From contig JAJPHT010000045.1 of NCBI GenBank assembly GCA_021325135.1, positions 68,456 to 132,455 on the forward strand: a DNA stretch of 64,000 nt. The letters are read 5' to 3'. Positions 47,948 through 56,423 of the stretch are shown piece by piece. Below the pieces are notes generated by a model. It saw nothing but the letters and a program-made list of their open reading frames with translations, had not been told where the DNA came from and searched no databases. The position numbers were made by a program, and so were the translations under genes. The stretch comes from Pseudomonadota bacterium (GTDB lineage: Archaea > Thermoplasmatota > SW-10-69-26 > JACQPN01 > JAJPHT01). How positions within the stretch are numbered: the stretch's first letter is position 1; each line of letters opens with the position of its first letter.

Positions 47948-48619
47948 ATGGACGCGCCCAAGCCGGGACACGGCGACCACTGGCTCGCCGCCCTTGAGCA
48001 GGACGACCCGCGCCTGCGCGATGCGCTGGCGCCTCCGCTGGACGCGCCCGAAGGCGTGCGCCTCCTGAGGAGCCCCCTCACCGAGGCGCTGGACATGGTG
48101 CAGGTCACCGCGCGGCGCCGCCTCGTCACCGCGTACCCCGAGCCCCGCGCCACCGCGCTGGTCCACGTCACGCCGCGGCAGCTCTCCCTCTGGGAGACGC
48201 ACGTCGAGGGGTGGCTCGTCGTCGAGCACGAAGGCGCCGGCGCCCTCACCCTCTTCCCCACGGACCTGGCGGAGCAGGCGGCGTACTACCAGTCCGCCGG
48301 CACGCGGCGCGGCCTCGACCTGGAGATCGCGGGCATCGCGTACCTCGCCCACCGCGTGGCCGGCGAGAAAGGCGCCCCCCGCCTCGCGCCCGCCCGCCGC
48401 GCCGACGCCCGCTTCCTCCCCGACGACTACTGGTTCGAGGGGCTCGTCCACGCCGTCCACCCCGCGGGGGCCAGCGAGGTGCTGGACCTGGAGATGCAGG
48501 GCGGCCTGGAGGTCCCCGTCGTCGTGCGGGAGGCCACCGGCGCCGCGCCCGGGGACCACGCGCAGGGGTACCTGTGGCTCACGGCCCGCCGGGCCTCAGG
48601 GCCCCTCGGCAAAGCCTGA
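47948..48619 (+). CDS. Hypothetical protein
   Basis: 223 aa, ATG 4 nt after slyD; genome-typical codons. Confidence 0.65.
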   Translation: MDAPKPGHGDHWLAALEQDDPRLRDALAPPLDAPEGVRLLRSPLTEALDMVQVTARRRLVTAYPEPRATALVHVTPRQLSLWETHVEGWLVVEHEGAGALTLFPTDLAEQAAYYQSAGTRRGLDLEIAGIAYLAHRVAGEKGAPRLAPARRADARFLPDDYWFEGLVHAVHPAGASEVLDLEMQGGLEVPVVVREATGAAPGDHAQGYLWLTARRASGPLGKA

Positions 48620-48645
48620 ACGTCCGACCCTGCAGAGGGGCCCCC

Positions 48646-49182
48646 ATGCGCCGGAGCCTCGTCCTCGCCGTCGGCCTCGCCACCCTCCTCCTCGCCGGCT
48701 GCACTGCCAGCTCCAGCAGCCCGCCCGCCGCGCCCACGAAGCCGGTGGCCCAGCCCGCCGCCCCCTCCCCCCACGGCCAGGCCTCCTCGGGGAGCAACCT
48801 CCCGCCCCCCGCCGTCCCCAGCGGCTTCACCCTCAAGGACGCCGGCGACGTGCAGGGCACCTTCGAGCGCGCGTGGACGCTCCACGTCGCCGCCGTCGGC
48901 TTCCGCGACGCCCTCGTGGACTTCAACCTCACCTCCCTCCAGGACGGCGCGCCCCCCACGGCCCGCCTCCACCTCAGCCTCGTGGACGCCCACGGCAAGG
49001 AGGTCAAGGCCGACAGCCTCGGCCTGGGCACCCCCGCCAACGCCCTCGCCTGGAAGCTCTCCCCCACGGACCTCCCCGCCGCGGGCGACTACACCCTCCA
49101 CGCCACCAGCGAGCCCGGCCCCGCGGCCCTCCCCAGCGGCGGCCTCGCCAAGTTCAGCCTCTACGCCTCCCTCACCTACTGA
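48646..49182 (+). CDS. Predicted lipoprotein
   Basis: MRRSLVLAVGLATLLLAGC lipobox; Pro-rich linker; beta-sandwich ending in Y. Confidence 0.75.
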   Translation: MRRSLVLAVGLATLLLAGCTASSSSPPAAPTKPVAQPAAPSPHGQASSGSNLPPPAVPSGFTLKDAGDVQGTFERAWTLHVAAVGFRDALVDFNLTSLQDGAPPTARLHLSLVDAHGKEVKADSLGLGTPANALAWKLSPTDLPAAGDYTLHATSEPGPAALPSGGLAKFSLYASLTY

Positions 49183-49322
49183 GGACCGGCACAAGCGCCA
49201 AGTACCCGCCGCCGCCTCGCGCCGCCGCCGGCCCCCGCGTCCCCACCCGGGACAGGCGCCTGTAGCACCCTCAATGCCGCGCGGCGTCGGCACGACCATG
49301 CCGCGGGGGCCGGTTTAGGTTC

Positions 49323-49545
49323 AGCGGAGCACTCCGTCGCACGCGCTTTCGCGCGTGCGGACTTCGTGGCAGGGGGGGTGGCCTCCCCCTCTGCACTCCC
49401 CCCGCCGGGGGGCTCCGCCCCCACGGACCCCCCGCCAGGGGGCTCTCGCCCCCTTGGAACCCCCACCACGACACGGGGGGCTCCCTTGCTGACGCTCGCA
49501 AAATGGGGGGCTTGCTTTGCTGGGGTTCCACAACGAGTGAGGGGC
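49323..49545. repeat. Repeat family A, long copy
   Basis: Matches 33055-33269; its 3' module is repeated again at about 49577-49610. Confidence 0.9.
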
Positions 49546-49718
49546 ACCTCTAGCGCTCGCACCATCGGGGCGATCCTTCGCTGGCGGCCTCAGACGAGTG
49601 ATGGGCACCTCTGGTGTCGGTCGCGAGGGGAGGGCGCGGCGGGCGGCGGGGGCGGGCTTGCGCGCGGCGGCGCCGCATCGCTGCCTTGAAGCCATGGGCC
49701 CCGGGTTGGTGGCTCCTC

Positions 49719-50135
49719 ATGGCGACGGCCGTTGGCGCCGAGGACCTCAGCCCCTCGGAGGAGCTGAGCCGGACCCTTCACGAGGTCCTGCAGAGTCTCC
49801 AGGCCAGCCTCTCGGGCATCCTGGGCTCGGTCCTCGTGGACGACGCCGGCCTGCCCTTGGCGTGGGACCTCAAGGGCGGGGCCGACCCGACGCTCATCGC
49901 GACGGCCGGGGCGATGCTCTCGCGCACCAGCGACCGCTCCACCGAGATCCTCGACTTCGGCACGCTGCGCAACGTGATCCTCGCCTCGGACAAGGGCACC
50001 ATCGGCGTGTTCCGCGTCTCCGCCCGCACGAGCCTCGTCGTCCTCCTCCAGCCCTCCACCAACAACATCCTCGCCACCGTGGAGATCCACAAGGCCCTGG
50101 ACCGCCTGCGGCAGGTGATCGCGCCTGGTTTCTAG
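49719..50135 (+). CDS. Roadblock/LC7 (MglB-like) protein
   Basis: GILGSVLVDDAGLPLA, FGTLRNVILASDKG. Confidence 0.85.
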   Translation: MATAVGAEDLSPSEELSRTLHEVLQSLQASLSGILGSVLVDDAGLPLAWDLKGGADPTLIATAGAMLSRTSDRSTEILDFGTLRNVILASDKGTIGVFRVSARTSLVVLLQPSTNNILATVEIHKALDRLRQVIAPGF

Positions 50136-50275
50136 CGGAGCGCTCCGTCGCATGGCCGCCCTGTCCGGCCTCGCTGACGCGAGGCCTCCCGTCGGGCGGC
50201 CCTGCGACTCCGCGGCAGGGGGCGCGTCGCCCCCCTGCACCCCCCGACCAGGGGGCTGCCGCCCCCTGGACCCCT
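50134..50275. repeat. Repeat family A, short copy
   Basis: AGCGGAGCGCTCCGTCGCA-hairpin-TGCGACTCCGCGGCAGGGGG..CCCCTGCAC..CCAGGGGG..CCCCCTGGACCCC. Confidence 0.8.
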
Positions 50276-50320
50276 GCGTCCGCAAGGTGATGCCCCTGTG
50301 GCCCTCAGGAGGTGGTGGAC

Positions 50321-50785
50321 ATGGTTTCTGACGCGACGCTCGCGGCGCTGGAGACGACGCAGTTCGTGTGCGCGGTGCTCTGGGCCCTCATCGTCCTGCG
50401 CATCGTCTACATCCTCTCGGCGAACCCCATCGGCGAGTTCGCGCAGGAGCTTCTCTACCTGCGCGTGAAGGAGCTTCGCACCGCGGGCTACGCCGTGCTG
50501 GTGGTCCTCCTGGTGCAGGTGGTGGAGCTTCTGGTGCCCTTCCTCACGCGGCAAGGCGTCCTGCGCGACGTGGGCGACGCGCTGGTCTTCGTGGACACCG
50601 CGAAGGCGATCCTCATCCTCGTCGCCGCGCTGCTGGTGGTCCTCGTCGTGCGGCGCTACACGCACCGCGCCCTCGACCGCCGCATCCGCGAGAGCATGGA
50701 GACGCTGGCCTACCTCGAAGGGCAGCGCCGCCGGCGCCGCAGCCTGGAGCGAGGCGAGTACGCCTCGGGCGAGGAAGAGGAGTGA
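50321..50785 (+). CDS. Three-TM membrane protein
   Basis: GGAGG upstream; three hydrophobic helices. Confidence 0.7.
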   Translation: MVSDATLAALETTQFVCAVLWALIVLRIVYILSANPIGEFAQELLYLRVKELRTAGYAVLVVLLVQVVELLVPFLTRQGVLRDVGDALVFVDTAKAILILVAALLVVLVVRRYTHRALDRRIRESMETLAYLEGQRRRRRSLERGEYASGEEEE

Positions 50786-50874
50786 GGAGCCCTCATCCGA
50801 GAAATCCTGTGAACTTGATCGTGGCGGCCGAGCGCTTTTGTATCTCCCTCGGCCTTGGAGGGCGGAGACTTCCC

Positions 50875-51141
50875 ATGTCCTTCGATGCCTCCCGCCGCGT
50901 CGCCGTCGGCCTCGTGCTCACCCTGCTGGCTTCCGGGCTGCTGGCCCCCCTCGCCAGCGCGGCCCCCGGGGCCGACGCGACCCTGATCGACTGCCCCCTG
51001 CTCCCGCTCACGACCGCGGTGCAGTGCTGGGAGATCAACGCGGCCATTCTCAGGGACCAGGCGGAGGCCTTCCTGTACGACCTGACGACCCAGGTGTACC
51101 AATACGTGAAGTGCGGCATCATCGGCCCCCCATTCTGTTAG
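50875..51141 (+). CDS. Small secreted protein with 4 Cys
   Basis: Signal peptide ending LASA; mature part about 60 aa ending CGIIGPPFC. Confidence 0.65.
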   Translation: MSFDASRRVAVGLVLTLLASGLLAPLASAAPGADATLIDCPLLPLTTAVQCWEINAAILRDQAEAFLYDLTTQVYQYVKCGIIGPPFC

Positions 51142-51168
51142 GTGAACCTCTGCGAGACCTGGTCCCGC

Positions 51169-52725
51169 CTACGCCTTCGCCTTCTTGGGCGCCTTGAAGT
51201 CCCGCATCCAGCGCACCAGCAGGCGGACCCCGACGCCGGTGGACTTCTCGGGGCAGTACTCCTCGTTGAAGCGCGGCGTCGCGCCCTCGTGGTAGGCCGT
51301 GCTGGCGATGTCCAGGTGGACCCACGGGTGGTCGCCCACGAAGTGCTCCAGGAACTTGCCCGCGGTCACGCTGCTGGCGATGCGGCCCGCGCTGTTCTTC
51401 ACGTCCGCCACCTGGGACTTCACCATCTCGCCGTACTCGTCGAAGAAGGGCAGGGGCCAGATGCGCTCGTGGACCGCCGAGCCCGCCTCGCGCAGCGCAT
51501 CCAGGAGGGGCTCGCTGTTGCCCATGCCCGCGATGGCGTGGTGCCCCACGGCGACGATGCAGCCCCCCGTGAGCGTGGAGAGCTCCACGATGGCGGCGGG
51601 ATCGTAGCGCCCCGCGTAGTGCAGCGCGTCGGAGAGGATGACGCGCCCCTCGGCGTCGGTGTTCACGACCTCGATGGTCTTGCCGCTCATGGTGGTCACG
51701 ACGTCGCCGGGCTTGTACGCGCTCCCCGAGGGGAGGTTGTCGGTGAAGGGCGCGAGGGCGACGACGCGCAGCGGGAGCTTGAGCCGCTTCGCCGCGACCA
51801 CCGCGGCCATGACGGCGCTGGCGCCCGACTTGTCCATCCTCATGTTCTCCATGCCCTCGGCGGGCTTGATGGAGATGCCGCCCGAGTCGAACGTAATGCC
51901 CTTCCCCACGAGGACCACCGTGTGCTTGGCGCCCCGCGGGTGGTGGTCCAGCACGCAGAAGCGCGGCTCGCGCACGCTGCCCCGCGCGACGGCCAGCACG
52001 CCGCCCATGCCGAGCCCCTCCATCTCGCGCTTGTCCAGCACGGTGGCCTTGAGGCCGTGCTCGCGGGCCAGCGCGACGACGCGGTCGCCGTAGAGCGAGG
52101 GCGCGGCGTCGTCGCCGGACCACTGCGCCCAGTCGCGGCACTGGTTCGTCGCCTGCGCGATGACGCTGCCCACCTGCGCGCCCTCTGCCGCCTGCCGCGC
52201 CGAGGTCGCGCGCTTGTCCAGGAGGACGATCCGCGCCAGCTGCGGCCTCTCGTCCGTCTTCTCCTGCTTCTTCACGCCCTTGTAGGCGTCGAACTTGTAG
52301 AGGCCCAGCAGGGCGCCCTCGGCCATGGCCTCCGCCACGTCGCGCGGCGCGAGGCCGGCGCCGCCCACGCCCAGCAGCGCGACGTGCGCCTCCCGCGCGC
52401 CCAGGTCCCGCGCGCGTCTCGCGACGACGGCGCTCACGCGGCGCACCTTGTCCAGCGTCAGCTTGTCCACGGGCCCGAGCCCCGCCAGGAGGACGCGCTT
52501 GGCGCCGCCCTGCGCGGGGTGGACCATGACGCTCTCCTTGAATTTCCCCTTGAAGTCGCCCGCCGCGAGGATGCGCGAGAGCGCGCCGCCCGAGGCCTCG
52601 TCCACGGCCTTCGTCACCCCGCCGAACGACTCCACGCCCTCGAAGGCGTCCACGACGACGAGGTCGGACGTGACAGTGGTGAGGTCGCCCTGCTGCGCGA
52701 CGACCTCGACGGGCTTGCCTGGCAT
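51169..52725 (-). CDS. pepA: Leucyl aminopeptidase (M17)
   Basis: VGKGITFDSGG, NTDAEGR, TLTG, WVHLDIA. Confidence 0.95.
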   Translation of the reverse strand: MPGKPVEVVAQQGDLTTVTSDLVVVDAFEGVESFGGVTKAVDEASGGALSRILAAGDFKGKFKESVMVHPAQGGAKRVLLAGLGPVDKLTLDKVRRVSAVVARRARDLGAREAHVALLGVGGAGLAPRDVAEAMAEGALLGLYKFDAYKGVKKQEKTDERPQLARIVLLDKRATSARQAAEGAQVGSVIAQATNQCRDWAQWSGDDAAPSLYGDRVVALAREHGLKATVLDKREMEGLGMGGVLAVARGSVREPRFCVLDHHPRGAKHTVVLVGKGITFDSGGISIKPAEGMENMRMDKSGASAVMAAVVAAKRLKLPLRVVALAPFTDNLPSGSAYKPGDVVTTMSGKTIEVVNTDAEGRVILSDALHYAGRYDPAAIVELSTLTGGCIVAVGHHAIAGMGNSEPLLDALREAGSAVHERIWPLPFFDEYGEMVKSQVADVKNSAGRIASSVTAGKFLEHFVGDHPWVHLDIASTAYHEGATPRFNEEYCPEKSTGVGVRLLVRWMRDFKAPKKAKA

Positions 52726-52824
52726 CGGCGGCGCGAAGGGGCGCGCGCCGGGTAAGCGTTGCGAAGCGGCGCCATCGGCAAGACGGCGAGAAGCCCCATC
52801 TTGGCGCGCGTCCGAGGCGGGGCC

Positions 52825-53073
52825 ATGCCCGACGAAGAGCAGGAGCCCGCCGCGGAGGCGAACCCGGTGGGGCGCATGCGCGGAGGGGGCCGGACCGGCG
52901 AGGGCGTGGCGCGCCCCCGCGACCGCGAGGCGGCCGAGGGCGACGCCGCGGTCGAGCCCGGCTTCACGACCACCGGCCCCTCGGGGAGCGCGGGCGGCAG
53001 GGCCCTCTACGGCAAGGACCGCGAGGAGCCCGCCGAGCCCGTGGACGTCGATGCAGCCGACGAGGTGCGCTGA
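52825..53073 (+). CDS. Small acidic, probably disordered protein
   Basis: MPDEEQEPAAE...; G/E-rich. Confidence 0.55.
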   Translation: MPDEEQEPAAEANPVGRMRGGGRTGEGVARPRDREAAEGDAAVEPGFTTTGPSGSAGGRALYGKDREEPAEPVDVDAADEVR

Positions 53074-53147
53074 ACCGGTCCACGCGCAACGGCCTTACGC
53101 CCACGAGGATTTTCCCGCGCGCCCCTCGGGGCTTGTGAGTGAGACCC

Positions 53148-53465
53148 ATGCGTCTGGCTGTTGCGACCCTTCTGAGCCTTGCCTTCGTCACCGTCCTCTT
53201 CGCGCCCGCCGCCTCCGCGGGCCCGGTCAACTGCCTCGAGGTCTACCCGTGGAGCAAGCTCTGCGAGGGCGACGTGGGCGGCTTCCTCTGCGCCGAGCAC
53301 CTCTGCCCCACCTACGCGCCCCCCGCGCCCCCCACGCTCTGCACCGTGCCGGACTGCGTCCACGTGGACTGCATCCAGGTGGTCCCGTGGAGCTACCTCT
53401 GCTCAGGCAACGTGCAGGGCTTCGTCGACTACTACCTCCACGCCATCGGGCCCGTCCTGGGGTGA
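53148..53465 (+). CDS. Small secreted Cys-rich protein with internal repeat
   Basis: Signal peptide ending AASA; VNCLEVYPWSKLCEGDVGGF and VDCIQVVPWSYLCSGNVQGF. Confidence 0.75.
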   Translation: MRLAVATLLSLAFVTVLFAPAASAGPVNCLEVYPWSKLCEGDVGGFLCAEHLCPTYAPPAPPTLCTVPDCVHVDCIQVVPWSYLCSGNVQGFVDYYLHAIGPVLG

Positions 53466-53469
53466 GCCC

Positions 53470-53703
53470 GTGAAGCTGGCCCTGCTCTGCGTGTCGGCCG
53501 CGCTGGTCGCCACGGCCTTCCTCGCGCCCTCCGCCAGCGCGGCGCCCGGCTGCGTGCCCGACCTCTCGTGCATCAACCCGCAGCTCTGCTTCGCCACCCT
53601 GGGCGGCGCGTGCGTCGAGTGGCGCGACTGCCTCGAAGGCAAGCCGTGCATCCGCCCGGTGGACTGCCTGGACGGGCAGGACTACTGCCCGCCGCCCAAC
53701 TGA
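53470..53703 (+). CDS. Small secreted Cys-rich protein
   Basis: Signal peptide ending SASA; 8 Cys in about 53 mature aa. Confidence 0.7.
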   Translation: MKLALLCVSAALVATAFLAPSASAAPGCVPDLSCINPQLCFATLGGACVEWRDCLEGKPCIRPVDCLDGQDYCPPPN

Positions 53704-53944
53704 GCGAGGCTCCGGCGAGAGGCTTCTTCGGCGCGGGGCCGGGTCCCTGACCCATGCCTGACGGGTTCCCGCCCCGCGCCCTGAGAAGGCCCGGCCACGA
53801 GCGCGTGCCCGAGCCCGGCCACGAGGGGCCCGTCCGCGTCCCCCTCCGCGAGTGGGAGGAGAACAACCGGCGCCGCGACACGGCGGATGGACACGCGGGC
53901 GACGAGGCGCTGGTGGAGTGAATTTTTTAGACGAAGAGGCGCTT

Positions 53945-54298
53945 TCAAGCCAGGCGAGCGGTTCGCCTGGATTTCAGCTTCCGCCAGCCCGCGATTCCCA
54001 GGGACGCCAAACCGCCGATGGCCATGAAGTTCCCGAGATAGAACGCCGGAACTTCCCACCAAGGCGCATCGTCAACGTGGAAGCACGTGGATTGAGTCTC
54101 GTTGGACGCGGGCTGAGGGCAGTAGAGGGCCCTTCCGGGGCTTGTGAGATGGCATGTGGATTCCGACGGAGCGGCGCCCGGATCGCACACCACCCGGGGC
54201 GGAGAGCCCTGAAAATGCGGAACGTAGCCGACCCACCATCCCACGAGAAGAAGCCCCAAGCCGAGCACGATCCACGGTCCGGGACGCTTCCAAGGCAT
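53945..54298 (-). CDS. Two-TM membrane protein with 4-Cys external loop
   Basis: GGAGGAG SD-like motif; MPWKRPGPWIVLGLGLLLVGWW...NFMAIGGLASLGIAGW. Confidence 0.65.
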   Translation of the reverse strand: MPWKRPGPWIVLGLGLLLVGWWVGYVPHFQGSPPRVVCDPGAAPSESTCHLTSPGRALYCPQPASNETQSTCFHVDDAPWWEVPAFYLGNFMAIGGLASLGIAGWRKLKSRRTARLA

Positions 54299-54321
54299 GG
54301 GCTCCTCCACGCTCCTTCCCA

Positions 54322-55132
54322 TTACGCCGGGCCAAACCCGTTGTCGCACTGGGCCGTGTACTTCCACGGCATGTCGCCGGAGGAGATGCAGAACCCGTAG
54401 AGGCCATTGTCTCCGTCGTGCCCCACGTTCGTCCACCAATCGTGGTCATCGCTGGGCCAGTAGATCGAATGGAAACGGCAATCCACGTCGTTTTCGAAGT
54501 AGCCGGGTCCAAGGTCAGGCTGATCGATGCTGCACGAGTCGCAGCGCCAGCCGCCCGTGGTCGCGCACCATTGACCGCCCGATTGGGCGACTGCGAAGCT
54601 CTGCTTGCAGTCCCATGCGATTTCGTTGAACGTCGTCTCGCTGCCGGTTGTTGTCGTCATGGTCAGGTCAGTGTGGGCCGCGTAGCTCGGGCAGGGCGAA
54701 GGGCCATCGTAGGAAATGCCCGTTTTGTCAAGGGACGCCAGCGCCCTCGCCCCCGGGAGCCCTGAGGGGCCATGGAGAATCGCCACGACTGATTCGATGC
54801 TGCGGTGGCCGGGTTGAGGGTGGCCTTGTAGTCGGTGCCGTGAACCGACCATTCGACGCTGGCGCCGGTGATGCGGCAAGCCGATGCCTCCACGGTCAAT
54901 CGCACCCTCTCGATTCCTTGGTCCGCAGGGATCGGGCCGGGCGAATATCGAGCCATTCCGGCGCAAGACTGCGCGACGTGGTTGGGGACCATGGCATGGA
55001 CGAGGGTGGGCGCAGGGACCCACGGCAAGGTGGCGGGGTCCACGGGAATTCCGTGGTGGCGAGGCCGTAGGGGGTGAGCGTAAGGCCAACCATGAGAGCG
55101 GCCGCCAAAAGCAACAGCCTGGAGATTCCCAT
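54322..55132 (-). pseudogene. Secreted Cys/Trp-rich protein split by two frameshifts (or assembly indels)
   Basis: Signal peptide in one frame (MGISRLLLLAA), middle in a second (GIPVDPATLP...), C-terminus in a third (LDKTGISYDG...CDNGFGPA). Confidence 0.6.
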
Positions 55133-55233
55133 ACGCTCCCTTTCTGACCAAATCTGGCGCGCGCAAATATCTTGTGTCGCGCTTGGTGAATCAACGGTAA
55201 AAGTAGCGCGGATTGAAGGCGCCGAAATCCGCC

Positions 55234-56385
55234 TCACCGCAGGTCGCCCTTCAGCAGCGCGCCCCCGACCACCACGCGCTGGATCTCGTTGGTGCCCTCG
55301 TAGATCTGCGTGATCTTGGCGTCGCGGAAGTGACGCTCGGCGGCGTAGTCCGTGGTGTAGCCGTTGCCGCCGTGGATCTGGACGCACTCGGTGGCGGCCC
55401 ACATGGCGGTGTCGCCCGCGAAGCACTTGGCCATGGCGGCGGCGGGGCCGTAGCTCTTGCCCGCGTCCTTGAGGGCGGCGGCCTGGTAGGTGAGGAGGCG
55501 CGAGGCCTGGATGCGCATCGCCATGTCGGCGAGCTTGAACTGGATGGCCTGGAAGTCCGCGATGGGCTTGCCGAACTGCTCGCGCTCCTTGGCGTAGGCG
55601 ACCGACTCTTCGAGGCACGCCTGCGCGATGCCGAGGGCCTGGGCGGCGATGCCGATGCGGCCGCCGTCCAGCGTCTTCATGGCGATCTTGAATCCGTCGC
55701 CCTCCTTGCCAAGGAGGTTCTCCTTGGGGACCTCGACGTTGTCGAAGTAGAGCTGCGTGGAGTGCGCGGCGCGGATGCCCACCTTGTGCTCGGGCTCGCT
55801 CCAGGTGAAGCCGGGCATGCCCTTCTCCACGAGGAGGGCGCTCATGCCCTTGTGGCGCTGGGCGGGGTCGGTCTTGCAGAAGACGATGACGGTGTCGGCG
55901 TGGCCGCCGTTGGTGATGAAGTTCTTCTGGCCGTTGAGGACGTAGACGTCGCCCTTCTTCTGGGCCGTGCTCTGGCCGCCTGCGGGGTCGCTGCCGGCGA
56001 CGGGCTCGCTGAGGCCGTAGGCGCCCAGCTTCTTGCCTTGGGCGTAGGGTGTGGCGAACTTCTGCTTCTGCGCGTCGGTGCCGAAGGTGGTGACGGGCCA
56101 GAGGTAGAGGGAGTTGTTCACGGAGGCGATGACGCCGTGGCTCGCGCACACGCGCGAGAGCTCCTCGATGGCGATGGCGTAGGAGACCATGTCGGCGCCG
56201 GCGCCGCCGAGGGCGGGGTCGGTGTTGAGGCCGAGGAGGCCCAGCTCGGCCATCTTGGGGATGTTCTCGGCGGGCCACCGCTTCTCCTGGTCGGCCTTGG
56301 CGGCGATGGGGCGGACGTTCTTCTCGGCGAACTCGCGCACCGTCTGCCGGATGAGGTCCTGCTCGGGGGTGGTCTCGAACTGCAT
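55234..56385 (-). CDS. Acyl-CoA dehydrogenase
   Basis: LSEPVAGSD, LNGQKNFITNG, REQFGKPIADFQ, IYEGTNEIQR. Confidence 0.95.
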   Translation of the reverse strand: MQFETTPEQDLIRQTVREFAEKNVRPIAAKADQEKRWPAENIPKMAELGLLGLNTDPALGGAGADMVSYAIAIEELSRVCASHGVIASVNNSLYLWPVTTFGTDAQKQKFATPYAQGKKLGAYGLSEPVAGSDPAGGQSTAQKKGDVYVLNGQKNFITNGGHADTVIVFCKTDPAQRHKGMSALLVEKGMPGFTWSEPEHKVGIRAAHSTQLYFDNVEVPKENLLGKEGDGFKIAMKTLDGGRIGIAAQALGIAQACLEESVAYAKEREQFGKPIADFQAIQFKLADMAMRIQASRLLTYQAAALKDAGKSYGPAAAMAKCFAGDTAMWAATECVQIHGGNGYTTDYAAERHFRDAKITQIYEGTNEIQRVVVGGALLKGDLR

Positions 56386-56423
56386 GCGGCCCACTCTGGG
56401 CGCGCGATGGAGGGTGGGGCTAC

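Noticed and set aside
53754-53921. 55-aa ORF with a duplicated PGHE motif
   Set aside because: No recognisable signal or motif; cannot be distinguished from chance.
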